From: Geosiphon pyriformis uo1
Lineage: Eukaryota > Fungi > Glomeromycota
Length of the DNA stretch: 64,000 nt
NCBI GenBank assembly: GCA_016748015.1
Contig: JAAOMT010000749.1
Coordinates: 1 to 64,000 of the forward strand
Direction: 5' to 3'
Shown here: positions 1 through 13,486 of the stretch, piece after piece
Numbering within the stretch: the first letter of the stretch is position 1
Layout: every line of letters starts with the position of its first letter
Notes under the pieces: generated by a model
The model's database searches: none
Seen by the model: the letters and a program-made list of their open reading frames with translations, nothing else
Told to the model about the DNA's origin: nothing
Translations under genes and position numbers: made by a program

Positions 1-248
1 TTTGGAAACTATCGGCATTGCAAAGCGAGAAAATATATTACAAGTCTTTGTACATGTGATGAATGATTGACCTAATCAAAAAGTTCAGAAAAAAAAACAC
101 ACCAAAGAATTTAAAGTAATCGAGTTTGAAGCTATTAAGGTAGTCAAGATTTGAAAAATAAAGTGAAAATCGTCTTTTTATTACAACATTTCATTAGGTT
201 GTGGATGCTGTTTGGTCGTAAAAGATATTGAAAATCAGCCTAAACGAT

Positions 249-1586
249 TCAACATAACAAATTATTTATCGACATCGAGTCGCCATTTGTTGAGTCTGGT
301 TTATAACGATCTTCTTCAGGACTGGTTATCGTCTTTATAGAAGCTATTACTCGGTTATTAGACTCGGTGGTGGAAGCTACTTTATTGGCGTTAATTTCGC
401 AGTTTTCAGGGTGACTTAATGATATTTCTTGATTAATGCTTGGGATTTGGGTTATATCAGAACTCGTATTAATGCGCCGAAATAGAGAGTTCGATCGATG
501 GCTCAAAGATGGCACTTGTAAAAGGTTTTGGTTTATTAAGCTAAAGTTATTTTCCTCTGGTCCACCAGAAGTTATATCATGTCTAATGATGTTTGTATCT
601 GATGAAGACATGGAATTTTTCGTACTTTGGCTTTCCATTGATATTTCAAAAGTTTTTGATGATACAGGTGGTTGATAATTCTTCAATCCATCAGACTTGA
701 TTTGCCTCACAAATCGCCATTCTTCCAGCATCATAGCATCGTTTGTGCTATTCATCTCATGTTTTCGTTTTTCAGCGAGACAACTTTGTAAATATCCAAT
801 ATAATCGATGGCTCCCTGAAGAATAGTCAATTTATGAATTTGTGGCTGATTTGCACAACTGGGAACAAGTTGTTGTAGCTGTATAATCTTGTCATTGATC
901 CTCTCACGTCGACGTCTTTCGATAGCAGAATGTGACACTTTACGAGCCAACTCCCGTTTTTCAGCTAACGAAAGAGGTCGATCAGCGGGAATAGAAGAAT
1001 TTTGCTGTTGACGAGGTATTGCTGGATGGATAACCGAAGTATGATGATACATAATTGGACGAGAGTTACTTGAAGAAGTAAATGTATGTTGTTCATTTGA
1101 ATTTGTGGTGCCAAGATCAATTGGAAGTGAAAAGACATTGGTAGAGGGTTCGGATTGTATTTTGTTCAAAGCATTATTATTCTCAAAATATGTATGACTT
1201 GTACTTGAAAAATTTGGCGTTTCTTGATTTAATCCATTAGGAGGTGTTGGGGGGAGCCAAAATTGATTCTTAGATTTTGGTGGTTCTTTATTATTAAATG
1301 ATGAATCCTGAGGATGTAAAGGTGGAGGTGACGTTGGTAGCCTAAAGATTGATTGTCCCCCTGGAGACACCGGTGGAGTTTCGAAAAGGGGTAAGTTTGC
1401 TTTTGAATTTGAACCTTCTTGAGATTGTTGATTAAATTGATTAATAGCAACTGGCAAATTTAAATGTGAAGGAAAAGTTGAAGTTGATATATCCTCTGCC
1501 TCGTGTGTGTTTCTCCTTAGACTTGTTGGCTGAAAAGCAGATGAATGTTGTTTAGTAGTAGATTGAATGCTTGTTTGTTGACGCAT
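249..1586 (-). CDS. bHLH transcription factor (class B, CACGTG E-box type), intronless, 445 aa
   Basis: Basic-HLH motif RKVSHSAIERRRRERINDKIIQLQQLVP...HKLTILQGAIDYIGYLQ with the H-E-R DNA-contact triad. Pro/Ser/Gln-rich disordered flanks and a C-terminal MSINNLL motif. Confidence 0.93.
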   Translation of the reverse strand: MRQQTSIQSTTKQHSSAFQPTSLRRNTHEAEDISTSTFPSHLNLPVAINQFNQQSQEGSNSKANLPLFETPPVSPGGQSIFRLPTSPPPLHPQDSSFNNKEPPKSKNQFWLPPTPPNGLNQETPNFSSTSHTYFENNNALNKIQSEPSTNVFSLPIDLGTTNSNEQHTFTSSSNSRPIMYHHTSVIHPAIPRQQQNSSIPADRPLSLAEKRELARKVSHSAIERRRRERINDKIIQLQQLVPSCANQPQIHKLTILQGAIDYIGYLQSCLAEKRKHEMNSTNDAMMLEEWRFVRQIKSDGLKNYQPPVSSKTFEISMESQSTKNSMSSSDTNIIRHDITSGGPEENNFSLINQNLLQVPSLSHRSNSLFRRINTSSDITQIPSINQEISLSHPENCEINANKVASTTESNNRVIASIKTITSPEEDRYKPDSTNGDSMSINNLLC

Positions 1587-2045
1587 TTTCGATTACAGTT
1601 AATACGATATTATTCTTTAAACGTTTTTCTCTATTATTCATCTAAAGGCTTAAATGAAAAAACTTGAAAGAAACAAGATAGAAAAGGTTTTGGTTGGTTT
1701 TTTTTTTATCCAGAAAAATAATTGGTTCTTTTTCTTTGACTATCTCTGAGAGATAATGGGAACGAATTTAAGAAGAAATCTTGAGCCGTTATGTTTGGAT
1801 TTTTGAAGTTGTGTAAATAATTTTAATTAGAAAAATTCACAAGATGAAAAATGTAGGGCATGTAAGAGTAACAAAGGGGAACGAAAAAGAACAACGGAAT
1901 CCTCACAATCATCTAAAATAGTTATACTACTTATAAGACGGCTGATCGAATTTTGGGTGTAGCGCAGTCTTAAGAAAAAGACGATATCCTTTTTTGCAAA
2001 GATCCGCATGGCGCGAGAAAAGACGCAATTTAGGTGATTTATTGC

Positions 2046-2055
2046 CCCACGTGGG
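2046..2055. promoter_or_regulatory. Palindromic E-box CCCACGTGGG upstream of the bHLH gene
   Basis: Perfect 10-bp palindrome in a local GC-rich patch about 460 bp upstream of the bHLH ATG. CACGTT variants occur at 2292 and 2758. Confidence 0.4.
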
Positions 2056-4491
2056 TGCCATCGAAATCTTAGATTTATTCTTTTACACTACACAGGAACT
2101 TTTTTTAGACTGGGATAACCTCCAAATTACAAAGCGTATGATTGGCATGTGAGCATCTAGAAAATGGCTTGATTCTTTAAAACCTAGGATGTAACACAAA
2201 AGGACCTTTGAATCTCTTAATTATTTTTAAAAGAGACCAATCCTTCACGGTAAATTACCCATGCATTTTTTTTGGGGATTTCGCAACTCATCACGTTTCT
2301 CTTAGTTTTTTTTTTGCATTTTGATTTTCAATTCCATTTGAGGAAAAGTTTTGAGACTCACATGACTGGAAAAAATTAATATTTTGACATAATCTGAATT
2401 TATTATCGCGAAATAAAATTGAATTAAATTTAGAACAAAGTTTTTTTTATGTAGATTTCATTTAGAAATTGGTAAGCCCTCATGATCTTGCTTTTCCTTT
2501 TTGGTAGTCAAACATAAATGAAGGTCTTAAATCGAACTGAAAGTCGGTTCTGATGGCTGAAGTTTAATTGAGAAATCATAAACTTGTCACCAGTTCCCTC
2601 ATTTTATTGAAAAAAAATAAAGTTATTATTTTGCTACACAATAGCGAGCTCCATTTTAAAGCAAAAAAAAGAAGAAAATTAATAAGATTAAATTCATGGT
2701 TATAAGCTTTGATTGTTTCAAAAAACTAAAAAAAATTAATACTGTCAATGACGAAAACACGTTTCTTCCCTTTTGATAAAAATTTTTTTTTAAATTTCAG
2801 CTAAAAATTGGTTACATCTTTTTTGTTTACTATAAATTTACCAAGCAGAATAAGGAACCTTTGAAATTTTACAGTTGATAATAATAAATTTTGTTCTAGC
2901 TAGTATCAATTACCCCAAATATTTGAATTTTTGATCATAATTTCATTTTCATAATTAAAAAACTTTCAGACACAATTTTATGAATCCTGGAATTTTTAAG
3001 ACTTTGTGAGATCAAAAAAATTTCTTTTGAAAACAGAAGGGAAAAAGAAAAAAAATGACAACTAATCTTTTACGAAAACCCTGCATGATACCTTGTGTTC
3101 GAAACTATGACTTCTCCGTTCAGTTCTCGCGAAGCACATATGCACATCACACGACTTGTTTCCCATTTCGGAAAATGAATCTTAAAATAATGCACTCCTT
3201 CCCTTTTTAAATATCCAAACAAGTTGAGCGCCAATAATCAAACAAAAACTAGCCTCACAAATAGATATCACAAGATTTTTATTGAGAATGTCGTGCGACA
3301 ATATTTTAAAGTTTAAATGCATGAGGAACTTTAAAACGTCATTTCAAAGTAAAATTTTCAATGGACGTATATAAAATCAAAAGGTTTTTATTTTTGGATC
3401 CTTCAAATTTGAAAAAAAATTGTTTCAATTATGTCAAGAATTTTTTCTATCTTTTTGGGAAAACTAATTTTTTGGAATTAATTGAAATAGTCAAAAACTT
3501 GAACCAACTTTTACCCCATTAATATAATCTCTCGTTTATCTCAAGGCTAACCTTCTAGTAAGATAATTTTGTAAAAGGTAAATGTTTTTTTTATTTTCCT
3601 ACGCTTTTTAATTTACTCGGAAGCAAATATCAAATTTTAAATTGAAAGAAATTTACTTTTCTGTTTTCATACACTGACTAGATATATCTCAACTGTCATT
3701 TCTACTATTTCTTATATTCTATCCTTTGAGTTTGTCGTTCGCTTTTCTTTGGTACTTTTTTAGAGTTAAAATTAAAAAGGTTGAAAATGTTTTTTATATT
3801 CTGACCTGAGTTTTTCCTTTTGATAAAAGTATTGAAAACTTTTAAAATTAATTTTACGGATTATATATAAGTTCAACTAAAAATACTTTGAAAATTATTA
3901 AATAAAAAAATTTCAAACTTGAATAACTTTCTATAAAAGTTTTTAAATCTTAAAGGCCAGTTTCTTTCACAATCAAACCGAGATTACAAATGGTAAACAA
4001 TTAAGAAATCTGAGTTATAAAAATTAAAGCGGGCTTTATCTTGAACGATTATATTAAAAATCAAAACTTATACATTTGATGATATAAATGAGTTTCTGCA
4101 ATCTCCTGAACTCAAGCAAAAACAATTGTCTTGCATTTTGCAAAAATAATATCTTATTGTTACCAAGTAAAAAAAAAAATAAGTAGATCCATTGAAGAAT
4201 CAAATTCTAAATTACTCAAAAAAGATTTGATAATTTTATATTTGGAAACTAGTAAGGTTGCTGAATTTGGAAATTGTAGAAAATTAAAACGACTCTTTTG
4301 CAATAACTTTGATCTTGACACATTTAATATCAAAAGGTTAAGATATCAATTTCCTTAAATTTCTTGTAACTTTCTTAGGCCAAATTTTTAATCAATATAA
4401 ATTTATTTAAATGTTCCACATGTCAGGAATCTTTCTTTGAGCTTGCACCTACTTTTAAAAAGAAGAAATTATTCATAGTTACTTTAAAAAA

Positions 4492-5038
4492 ATGGGACAA
4501 CACTCTTGGATATACTCTCTTGAGCGACACGCCGATTCTAGCGCAAGAATTACAACATTTCCAAGAGCACAATTGGATGAAGCAATGAAATGTTTACAGA
4601 GAATAGAAGCCTCAGAGAGGGAGAAATTAAGAGAGGAAGTCAATGAGCCAACTGAAAGTGAGTAGTCTGAAAAAAATTGTCATGTTTCCTCTTTCTGATA
4701 TTTATTTTTCTTTCCAGTTGCAGTTCTTATAAAAATGGCCATTCAAGATATTCAAGAGGCTTCACGGTTAAATGGTAAATAAACTTCAGTGTTATGTTTG
4801 CTTGGGCTAAAAATGAAAACTTTAGAAATATTCGACTATTTCAGATCAAGTTGAAGCTGTATTTCGTGAAATGGAACAACAATGTGAAAATGATGAAACT
4901 AAAATTTTGAGAATCCAGGAAAGATTCAAGAAACGTGCTCGTAGACTTAAACGTCGGTTTCAGCGAGATGTAGATAGATTGGCCGCTGTTTGGAATGAAC
5001 ACTCTATGAACGACATTGGTCTTGAATATATGAACTAA
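4492..5038 (+). CDS. Hypothetical helical/coiled-coil protein (~138 aa, 3 exons), absent from the ORF track
   Basis: Exons 4492-4657, 4718-~4774 and 4845-5038 are joined by phase-1 GT-AG introns (gtgagt..ttccag; gtaaat..tttcag). This gives an open frame MGQHSWIYSLERHADSS...EIAVLIKMAIQD...DQVEAVFREMEQQ...IGLEYMN*. Confidence 0.75.
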
Positions 5039-7692
5039 TAATATAAACTTTAGGAAATCAAATATCGAAAGCTAGCATGATCTTGATTAAGAATGCTATA
5101 TCTCTTACAATTGACCCTGAATCGAAGAGTGGGATTTAAATGTTAGCAACTCCAAACCAAAATTACGGGGCAATTAAGAAACGGAAGGCTTATATGATCT
5201 GTTTAAGTGAATGTTTTTTTGATCTATTGAAAAAAACAGAGTTTATAAAGCACAAAATTAAAAGTACTCATTTTTGCTAGATATTTTTTAAACCCACCTA
5301 ATAGTCCTAAAATATTGATAGGTTGTGGACAGAAATTTTTCTAGCAATATATAAGGACGAATAATATCAGCTTTTCGAAAATTTATTAAATTTTGTATTT
5401 TTCATCAAAATAATCTTGGCAAGAGTGTATGTAAAATTATTATCATATTTTATAAGAGCGAACCATCAGTGAGTAAATTTTTTTTAAATTTAATGTTTCT
5501 ATTCCAAATTATAATTAATTTAAAATAATAAGTTAGATTAAACAAAGAGATTTTTACAATTTATAATTGTTAAAAAAATAACTCCCATTAAGGATAATTG
5601 AGTCTGAAAAAAATGTATTTAAAACAAAAGATTTGGTTTAAAATAATATATAGTTTTAGTTTTATTTTTATTTTTTAAGAAATTCTTGGATTTCAAGTAT
5701 TTGAATTCGTAAAAAGCTGATTAAATCATTTACAAAGCTATTTCATTTCAAAAATTTTAGGGAAACTAACCAATAATTTTTGTTTATCCAGAATTTAATT
5801 TCTAGTTTTAAAGCATTTTGATCTTCTAAAATTATTGATATCAAAAACAGAAGAAAGGGTCTTATAAAAGTGAAAATTTCACAATTTTATTTGTTCTTTT
5901 TCTGCTCTATAAATAAAATAAAATTTCTTTCAAAATTGTAAATATTTTTGAAAAATAAAAAGAAATCATCATTCAGTGAAAAAAATTTATAAAAATTTTC
6001 ACTTTTTCTGAAAGTTTATACACAAAAATAAAAATAAAAATGTTTTGAAAATCCATTTAAAAGACTTCTTTAGTAAATTAGAATTTCTCTTTTCAAATTT
6101 TGGCCAAATAAAATTTTTTGATTCAAATTTGTGAAAGTAATTTTATCATTAACACTGGTCAAAAAATAATCTAATTGAATTACTCTTTCCAGTTTTTCTA
6201 GATTTGAATGTGTCTTTTGTAAAAAGTTTATTTTATAACTACCGTGCTTAAACTTGTCAAAGATGCTTAAAGAGAGCAAAAATTAAGAATTTGAGATATT
6301 ATATTTCAACCAGATGATTTAATTTTCTCTTACAAAAATTTTTCAAGTTAATACCGAAAAATAAAGGGGCAGCTTATTACTTATTCTGCTTTAGGCAAAT
6401 AAACCAATCGAATTTGCCATCCCCAGGACTTCTCCCTTATTTAATAGTTCCTCAAGACTAAAACCTTCAATCCTGAAAGCTCAATAAAACAATAATCAAT
6501 CGTTTGCTCCTGCATTATTTGTAGAGTCCATGAATAATTGTCGGATGCAGTCATTTAACTTTTTAAGTTAAAAACAATAAATATCGCTTATAAAATCAAA
6601 CAGAGAAAAAAATTAACCATATTCACTCGCTTGTTGAATGCAACTTTTAAAATTAAATTGTGAAGCAAATTCTAAAATTGAAAGTTAGAGCAAGGAAATT
6701 ATATTAAGATAAATAACATTCGCTCTTTAGCTCTTGTTTGGGAAGCATAAGAATCTCCTTTTGTTTCTCAAATTGCCTTGCTAGAAAATTGGCATCAAAA
6801 TATTTAAATTTTTTTATTCCATATTGATTCTATTTTTGGAAAAAAGACCTGAGCCTAATTATTATAAAATTTAACACCTTTTCGCATCATAAAAGCTTTT
6901 TTAGGCACAAATGAATCAAGAATTGAAAATTTTACAAGTCATGATATTGTCCTGATTTTTAGGTAAAAAGAGCACAATTAATATCTCTTTTAAGGAAGCC
7001 ACTTGAATTTCCGGACAAAAGACTATGGCTAACTTTTTTCGGACTAAAGAATAGTAAAGCTTTGTTCTCAAGCATATATCGTAAACCAGAACAATGTCCC
7101 CTTTTCTATTCTTTATGCAGATAAAAGTGTGACTTGACGGCCAAAACCGACAAAGATTACTCGTCACACTTGCCCAAGTACGTCACACAAATGTGGTGAA
7201 AAAATAGACAAAAACTTTGTTTGTTCTTTTTCAGGTAAAAGGTATGAGATTAAAAGGCTGCAACATTTCTGCAATTCTATGCACAGCCGATTGATTATGT
7301 ATCTTCGATTGTTCAAAGTTTTAGATTTGTAACTGTTTTCACTCGGTGATTGGTATTCGGTTTTCATTCCATTCAAATTAGGTTGCTTTTAACGTTTATC
7401 GTGATTTAATTATGGCATGAGTAACTCTTAACTCAAATTCGTAAAATGAGTTTAGAATAGGAAGAAATCTTCATTGTTAGTTAAAGGGAAATCATCATAT
7501 CGTCAATAAGAATAGGGGAAAAACAATGGCAATATAACGTCATCAGCTGCCAATAACATATTTTTCATTATCAATTTTTGGGGTCCTGAAGATATAAGAA
7601 CACAATCAGTTTCTGTTTCCTTCACTATTGCGTTTCTCGCAGGTCAAAAACCTTTTTCATAGGGAATCGCACCCTTCTCTAAATCTTGCGAA

Positions 7693-8877
7693 ATGGCCGC
7701 TTTTTTGCCTGCATTGGTTTTACAACAAATTTTTCAAGAAATCGAAGAAAATCTTCCAAATAGATACCAAACCCTTTACTCCTGTATTCTTGTAAACCGC
7801 TATTGGTGTCGTAACGCAATTACATTCTTATGGCGCAGACCTTTCAATTGTAGTAGTGAAAACTTTCCCATGGTTTTAAGAACCTATTTACAATTTATCG
7901 ACAGTCAAGAATTGGAAAATTTAAATCTTGATATAAATCTTCCAGTTTTTGAAAAACCTCTCTTATTTCAATATCCTTCTTTCATCAAACACATCGACTT
8001 TGGAAATTTTATTGATGCCATCCAATCTTGGATGACAATTGACGCTGACTTCAAGAAAGGGAAAAATAGGCAAAATTGGAAACCTCAATGGTTTCATCGA
8101 GAACTTCCAATCACTCAGGAAAGGTTCTACACGATCAAACAAACTTTTTTTAATGCATTAGTCCAAAGTTTTATCCAAAATTCGGCCAGAATTCAAAGCA
8201 TTGATATGAGGTGCGATAGTCAACAGATAAAAGACAATCCTGAAGAAATCTTATGGCCTTTTGAGAAGAATGTGAGTTCCCTTGTATCCAACGTTACAAA
8301 CTTATCGGTATCTGGGATGTTTCCAAAGCAAGAGGTTTTTACAGAGCTCACCAAAGTTTGTACGAAAATTGTAAGTTTGAAATATTTTTCAAGTTAAAAA
8401 AATTTTTATATCGAAATTTTAAAGTTTTTTTTAACCTTTTTCCAAACTTAGAAAACCATGTCAATAACAATTGAAGGAAATGTTGATAATTTCGGTTTAC
8501 AAGCTGATGCCGAATATGAAAATCTTGGCTCTTTAATCGAATCCCAAAAAAGTCTTTCCAGTCTAGAACTCACATTCCGAGAAAAAAGCCGAGATTATAT
8601 CAACTTATTTCTTCCATCAATCTGGAAGAATTCAAAATCTCTTCGAAATCTTTGTTTTTACACGGCCGATTTCCGGGATATAAAATCTTTAGTAGGCTTG
8701 GCAACATGTCATCAATTGGAGTCATTGGAATTTCGATACTGTAAAGGCTTAACGCGAGAATGTGTAGTCCCATTTGCCACCGCATCGCATCCAAATCTTA
8801 AACGAGTGCGCATCTTAGGTGGGTGCTGTCAGAATCTAACGCGTTGGGCCGAAACCAAAAATAAATCGAATTATTAA
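7693..8877 (+). CDS. F-box / RNI-like leucine-rich-repeat protein (2 exons)
   Basis: N-terminal F-box-like LPALVLQQIF...LYSCILVNRYWCRNAITFLWRRPF and YPSFIKHIDF. Intron 8371-8451 (gtaagt..cttag) joins the two ORFs in frame. C-terminal LxxLxL repeats (LSSLELT, LRNLCF, LESLEFRYC). Confidence 0.88.
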
Positions 8878-10948
8878 AAGAAAACATTCAAAAACATTGT
8901 TCTGTTGAGAACTTGTAAATAAAACTTTCCCTTTTTATCCTTAAAAAATGTATTTATATATCATGCTCTGTAAATAGTCTGTTCTGTATATATTTTATAC
9001 TTTTGAATTCATCCAATACTATATTTTTTGAATAAGCTTTAATATTAGATCCAATCAAATCTATGCTTTTTCCTTTTCTAATTCTTTGAATGGCACAGCA
9101 ATGTCTACATAGTCTTAGACACTAGTTCGTCCCTTAATTTCTGTTTTTTGCTCGAGATTCTGATTTACAAATTTAGTTTTAGTGTTTCATCTTTTTTTTC
9201 CAAATTTTATTTCTGTTAAATAATCTTCTTTTCTGTTCTAATTTTCGTTCTGTTACCGTAACTTGTTCTGTTTGTTTACTCGTTAGAATTTCAATTTTCG
9301 TTTAATTCGTTCTCATTTAGTTCTATTTCTGCTCGAAGATTTAGATTTGTGAAAGTTCAATAAAATAACACTGGTTGTTTGAGTATGTTTTTTAACTTGA
9401 ATAATACATTTAAAATTTTATTACTTGTTATGCTAGCTTGTAAAAGATGCAAATTTTCATGCCTAAATGGCAATGTTTAAGTACATGTATTAGAACCATG
9501 TGAATTCATTTTAAAGTAGCCTATTCCCAAAAAGTTTTTTAAGGCTTGGCAATGCACTTTTATTTAATAGAATAAAGCGGATTCGTTTAAATTTATCTTG
9601 GTAAACATTAATCTGAAGAATTATTTCTAAAGTTATGTCTTAATAATATTTATAATTAAACCATACGGATAATTGTCTCTAATTTTTTTGACCTTAATTT
9701 TTTTAGGGATTTAAAGTTTAACAAAATATATGTAATTTAATTTAATTTATTTTAATGATTCAACAGATTTGATTTAAGACAAACCTTAAGTTGAGATAGG
9801 TACTTAGAATCGATGTGATCTGGCGTTTTAAGATTTTCACCCTGGAATTTTGTTCAAGTTTATGAGAATTGTATACCTGTTTTACAATTATAGTTATAGC
9901 ATAACCCTGAAATGTTTCTTGTCATCTGGAAACACCTGTTTTACTTTAATTGAGGAAAGTTATTCCCGACAAGCTGCACCTTCTAAGTTAATAAAAATAT
10001 AAATAGAAAAGATGATTGACACAAAGTAGCTGACAAATTACATTCATCACTTTTGTGAAATCAATTATACTATAAGTGTACTCTGAAAATTTTAGTTAAA
10101 TTAAAAATGGCCAACTTGTGTACCCTTTGTATACTAAGAGAGATAACTTTAGTCAATTCAGCGTTTCCCAAAAAATAATTAGACGTTAATAATTTTAAAA
10201 GGTAGGAAAAATAACTAGATTGTAAGAAGGAAATGAGAAATTACTTATCAAAAGCTTCTTTTAAAGAAACATCACGAAACTGGTCAGGGTCTTATGATTT
10301 TTGAAATGTTATCAAAATAGAAAATTTGATATTAGTCTCAATCTCTCACAGTTTCATCGATAAACTCACCTATCAATCAGATTTAGTGGGTTAGCAATTT
10401 GAATAATTTTAGTAATTTTAGTAACCTTTAATTTTGTATAAACTCAGTCTTTGGCTGTATTCAAATTTTGACCGTTGATTTTGGCCTTAAATAAGGTTTA
10501 AAATGTGTGGGCAAAAGCTTTGTAGATTATAGCTTAGAATCTTAGTGAATATTTATGACACATCTCTGATGTTTTAGTTGTAATGAGTTGCGTGATATAA
10601 ATTCTTTGTTAATTTGAGAAATTTTAGGTTTATCTGACGATTAAATGATGTATTATAAACCCTTGAAACGGATTCCTGAGAACTTTATCTTTAAATATAT
10701 GTATCTGAATGGTTTAATTGCTCTTACTAGTAGTGTGGTTAATGATTATGATAAACACTTTTCTAAGGTTGATTTCCTTTGGATAATTCGCAGCAGCATG
10801 CAATAAAAAGCAAAAAGTTTAGATTTTTGAACTTTGATTTTGGATCAACGCTTTTCAAATTTATTTTTTTATAAAGTACTTACTCAAAATAAGAATCTTT
10901 CTTATTTGCATTCATTACAACTTGAAAAATCGCTATATAAAATACTTT

Positions 10949-13486
10949 TTATAATTTTGAGGCATCACATACCGATTTTCGACTTATTACAAGATTTTTT
11001 TTCATTTGTTGGACTTCAGAAGGGGTGAAATTGCATTCTTGGGTTAGATATGTATCAACGCTACCGTATTTTGAATTGAAAGCTTCTAAGGTTAAGAACA
11101 TTGATTCATATCTATGGTAAAAGGTTAAGCTCATTGAACATTAATCTATTTTATCAAAGGGACTGATATGAAAATATATCACTTACTTTGAATCCATAAT
11201 TTTCCCAATAAAAAACTTATTTGAGGTATCGGCTAGCTTTTTTGGATTCATTTCTGAAAAAATATCAAGTAATCAAAGAATGGCTTGGTACTTTGTAGAG
11301 AAAATCAAAAAAATCTTCATTCAAAACTCACTACGCATATTAGACTGAGTAATTTCATATTCTCGTGCAATAGTCTCCTCATCTACACCAGCAAGTTTTA
11401 ACAGTAACATACATGCAACTCCAGTTCGATCTTTTCCCGCAGTACAATGAATTAGCAAAGGCGAGGCTGGATCGTTCAAAATATGTTCAAATACTTTTCT
11501 GAATGCATTTTTGGCTTCCAATAAGATATTCATATATGCTAGGTGGTTTAAATCAACTTATGGTTATTCTATAATTATAAATAAAGTTTTGGAAACAATA
11601 TATAATATTGGGTTCTAGATTTCACCTTTTGAAAAACCTTCAGGTCCTTCGAAGTATAGATTCCATTTTTCGAATAATGCTTCAGGCGAGTAATCCTCTT
11701 CTACAAATGCTGGGGCATGTATTCGTGTAATTCCTTCAATTTCTCTGTTTTCGAAAGAGATTAGCATCCCTAGTCTTGAAATCCAAAAAGTCAAGAGATA
11801 TCCTGTGTTGAGCTTACTTTGAACCCATCATCTTAATCTCTGGATTTGAACGAAAATCAATTATTTTCTGGATATTAAGTCGCTGTATTGTGTCAATCCC
11901 ACTATTGGAAATGCGTGAGAGGCTATCATTCCAATTTCCAAATGTGAGTTATTTGGTATCAAATTCAGAAATTAAATTCAAATAAACACCTACTTGCCAG
12001 ATCGAAACACAAATCTTTCCCGAAAATATATTTCTTCTGGTTCATCAATAAGATTCAGGCACCTCCAACCACCCAAATCACGAAAATTACGTACGCCATC
12101 TACATATATATTTCGGGGTATTTTCGAAATTAACCATCGATTTTTTCGGATAAATTGTTGCGAAAGGGATTTAGGTGCAAAGTATTCAGTTATGATTTTT
12201 ATAACTTCGTCGGAATGTTTAGTGTAATTATGGTCAGCACCAGATATGAGATGAAGGGTGTGATTTGAAATCAGATTTGCATAAATTGCCGCGTCGTTTA
12301 CCGGCACTAACTGCAGCGAGATATCAAGATTGAACATGTTTTGTTAAAATGTTTTTGGTTGGATCAATTCAATCTAAAAATTGGTATAAAAATGATTTTC
12401 CCTTACTTCATCAGTAGTGCCATGAATTGTGAAAACAGATATATTATCAGGGATATTCTCAACTAGTAGAGCAATTTACGGAAGTTATTGCAATTAATTT
12501 TTCTTTACTCCATTTACCTAAAAAACAAACTCGTAGTTTCCCAACCCCTTAAAAGGACCTCTTATCTTACCAAGATATGTAGGAATCGCCATATAATTTT
12601 GCAACTCCTCTTTCTTAATTTTCCAATCAAAAACTTTTCCTCGCAGTTTAATCTTTGAAACAATTTCCCCATTAGCTTCAATTTCTTGTAATTCTTCTTT
12701 AGAATATTTTTTCATGATTGCCGATAAATCATAGCGAGCTGATATGTTTATTATGTGTGGGATTTTTGGGCTGACTTTAGCGGCATATTGTAACGCTGTT
12801 AAAGCGCCTGGGTTTTACAGGGCGAGATGTATGGTTGGATTTTATGAGATAGTGTGAGTAGGAATTAGACCAATTTGAAAGACATATTCTAGAGTTTACT
12901 TTTAATTAAAACTGAGCTATTTGCTCACCTTTCGAATGTCCAATTATAGCATAAATCTGATATCGAAATTCTTTTTGCAAATATTCGACGACAGTAGAAA
13001 TATCGACCAAATCATCCTTTATATTTTCAAGAGCCAAAAGACAAAAAAATCACTCGATAAATTTTTTTGATCTGATATCATCGAAAATTGAAACTAAGCA
13101 ACCTGTAGACTGTAATAAAATAATTCTCCATCACTTTCTCCATTACCACGAAAATCAAATCGAAATGTGTCGAAAGATAAAGTTTTTGCCAAGTTTTCAA
13201 GAAACAGATAATTTTTGTGACCTATTGAGGGATTCTCTTTTTAGTGCATAATTTCTGTAATTAATATAGAAAAACTAAGACTCTTACCTAATAAACCATG
13301 ACAAATAATCCCAACTTTTGCACCTTTAATCGTTGTTTTCGTGGCAGTTTCATTGCGTTCTAAAATCCCTACGATATTTTGTCCCAAGGAATTTTTGATG
13401 TGCAATTCCAAAGATTTGGCAAGATCCGAAGACTGACCAAGGTAAATTTCAGGAGCAGGAAATTTAGTTTTTATTTTAGACATCAT
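10949..13486 (-). CDS. Alpha/beta-hydrolase fused to a Y_phosphatase3-type protein-tyrosine phosphatase (multi-exon)
   Basis: Spliced hydrolase motifs: ICHGLLG(H), RFDFRGNGES, nucleophile elbow IIGHSK|GA, HGTTDE, GADHNY. These continue in the same exon into VDGVRNFRDLGGW...FRSG, followed by IIDFRSNPE and the P-loop IHCTAGKDRTG, AREYEIT and YGSVDTYL. Confidence 0.88.

Noticed and set aside
10949-13486. Tyrosine phosphatase as part of the arsJ system (bacterial arsJ operons often include a phosphatase)
   Set aside because: It is about 25 kb away, separated by unrelated genes, and belongs to a different, hydrolase-fused family. There is no evidence of linkage.
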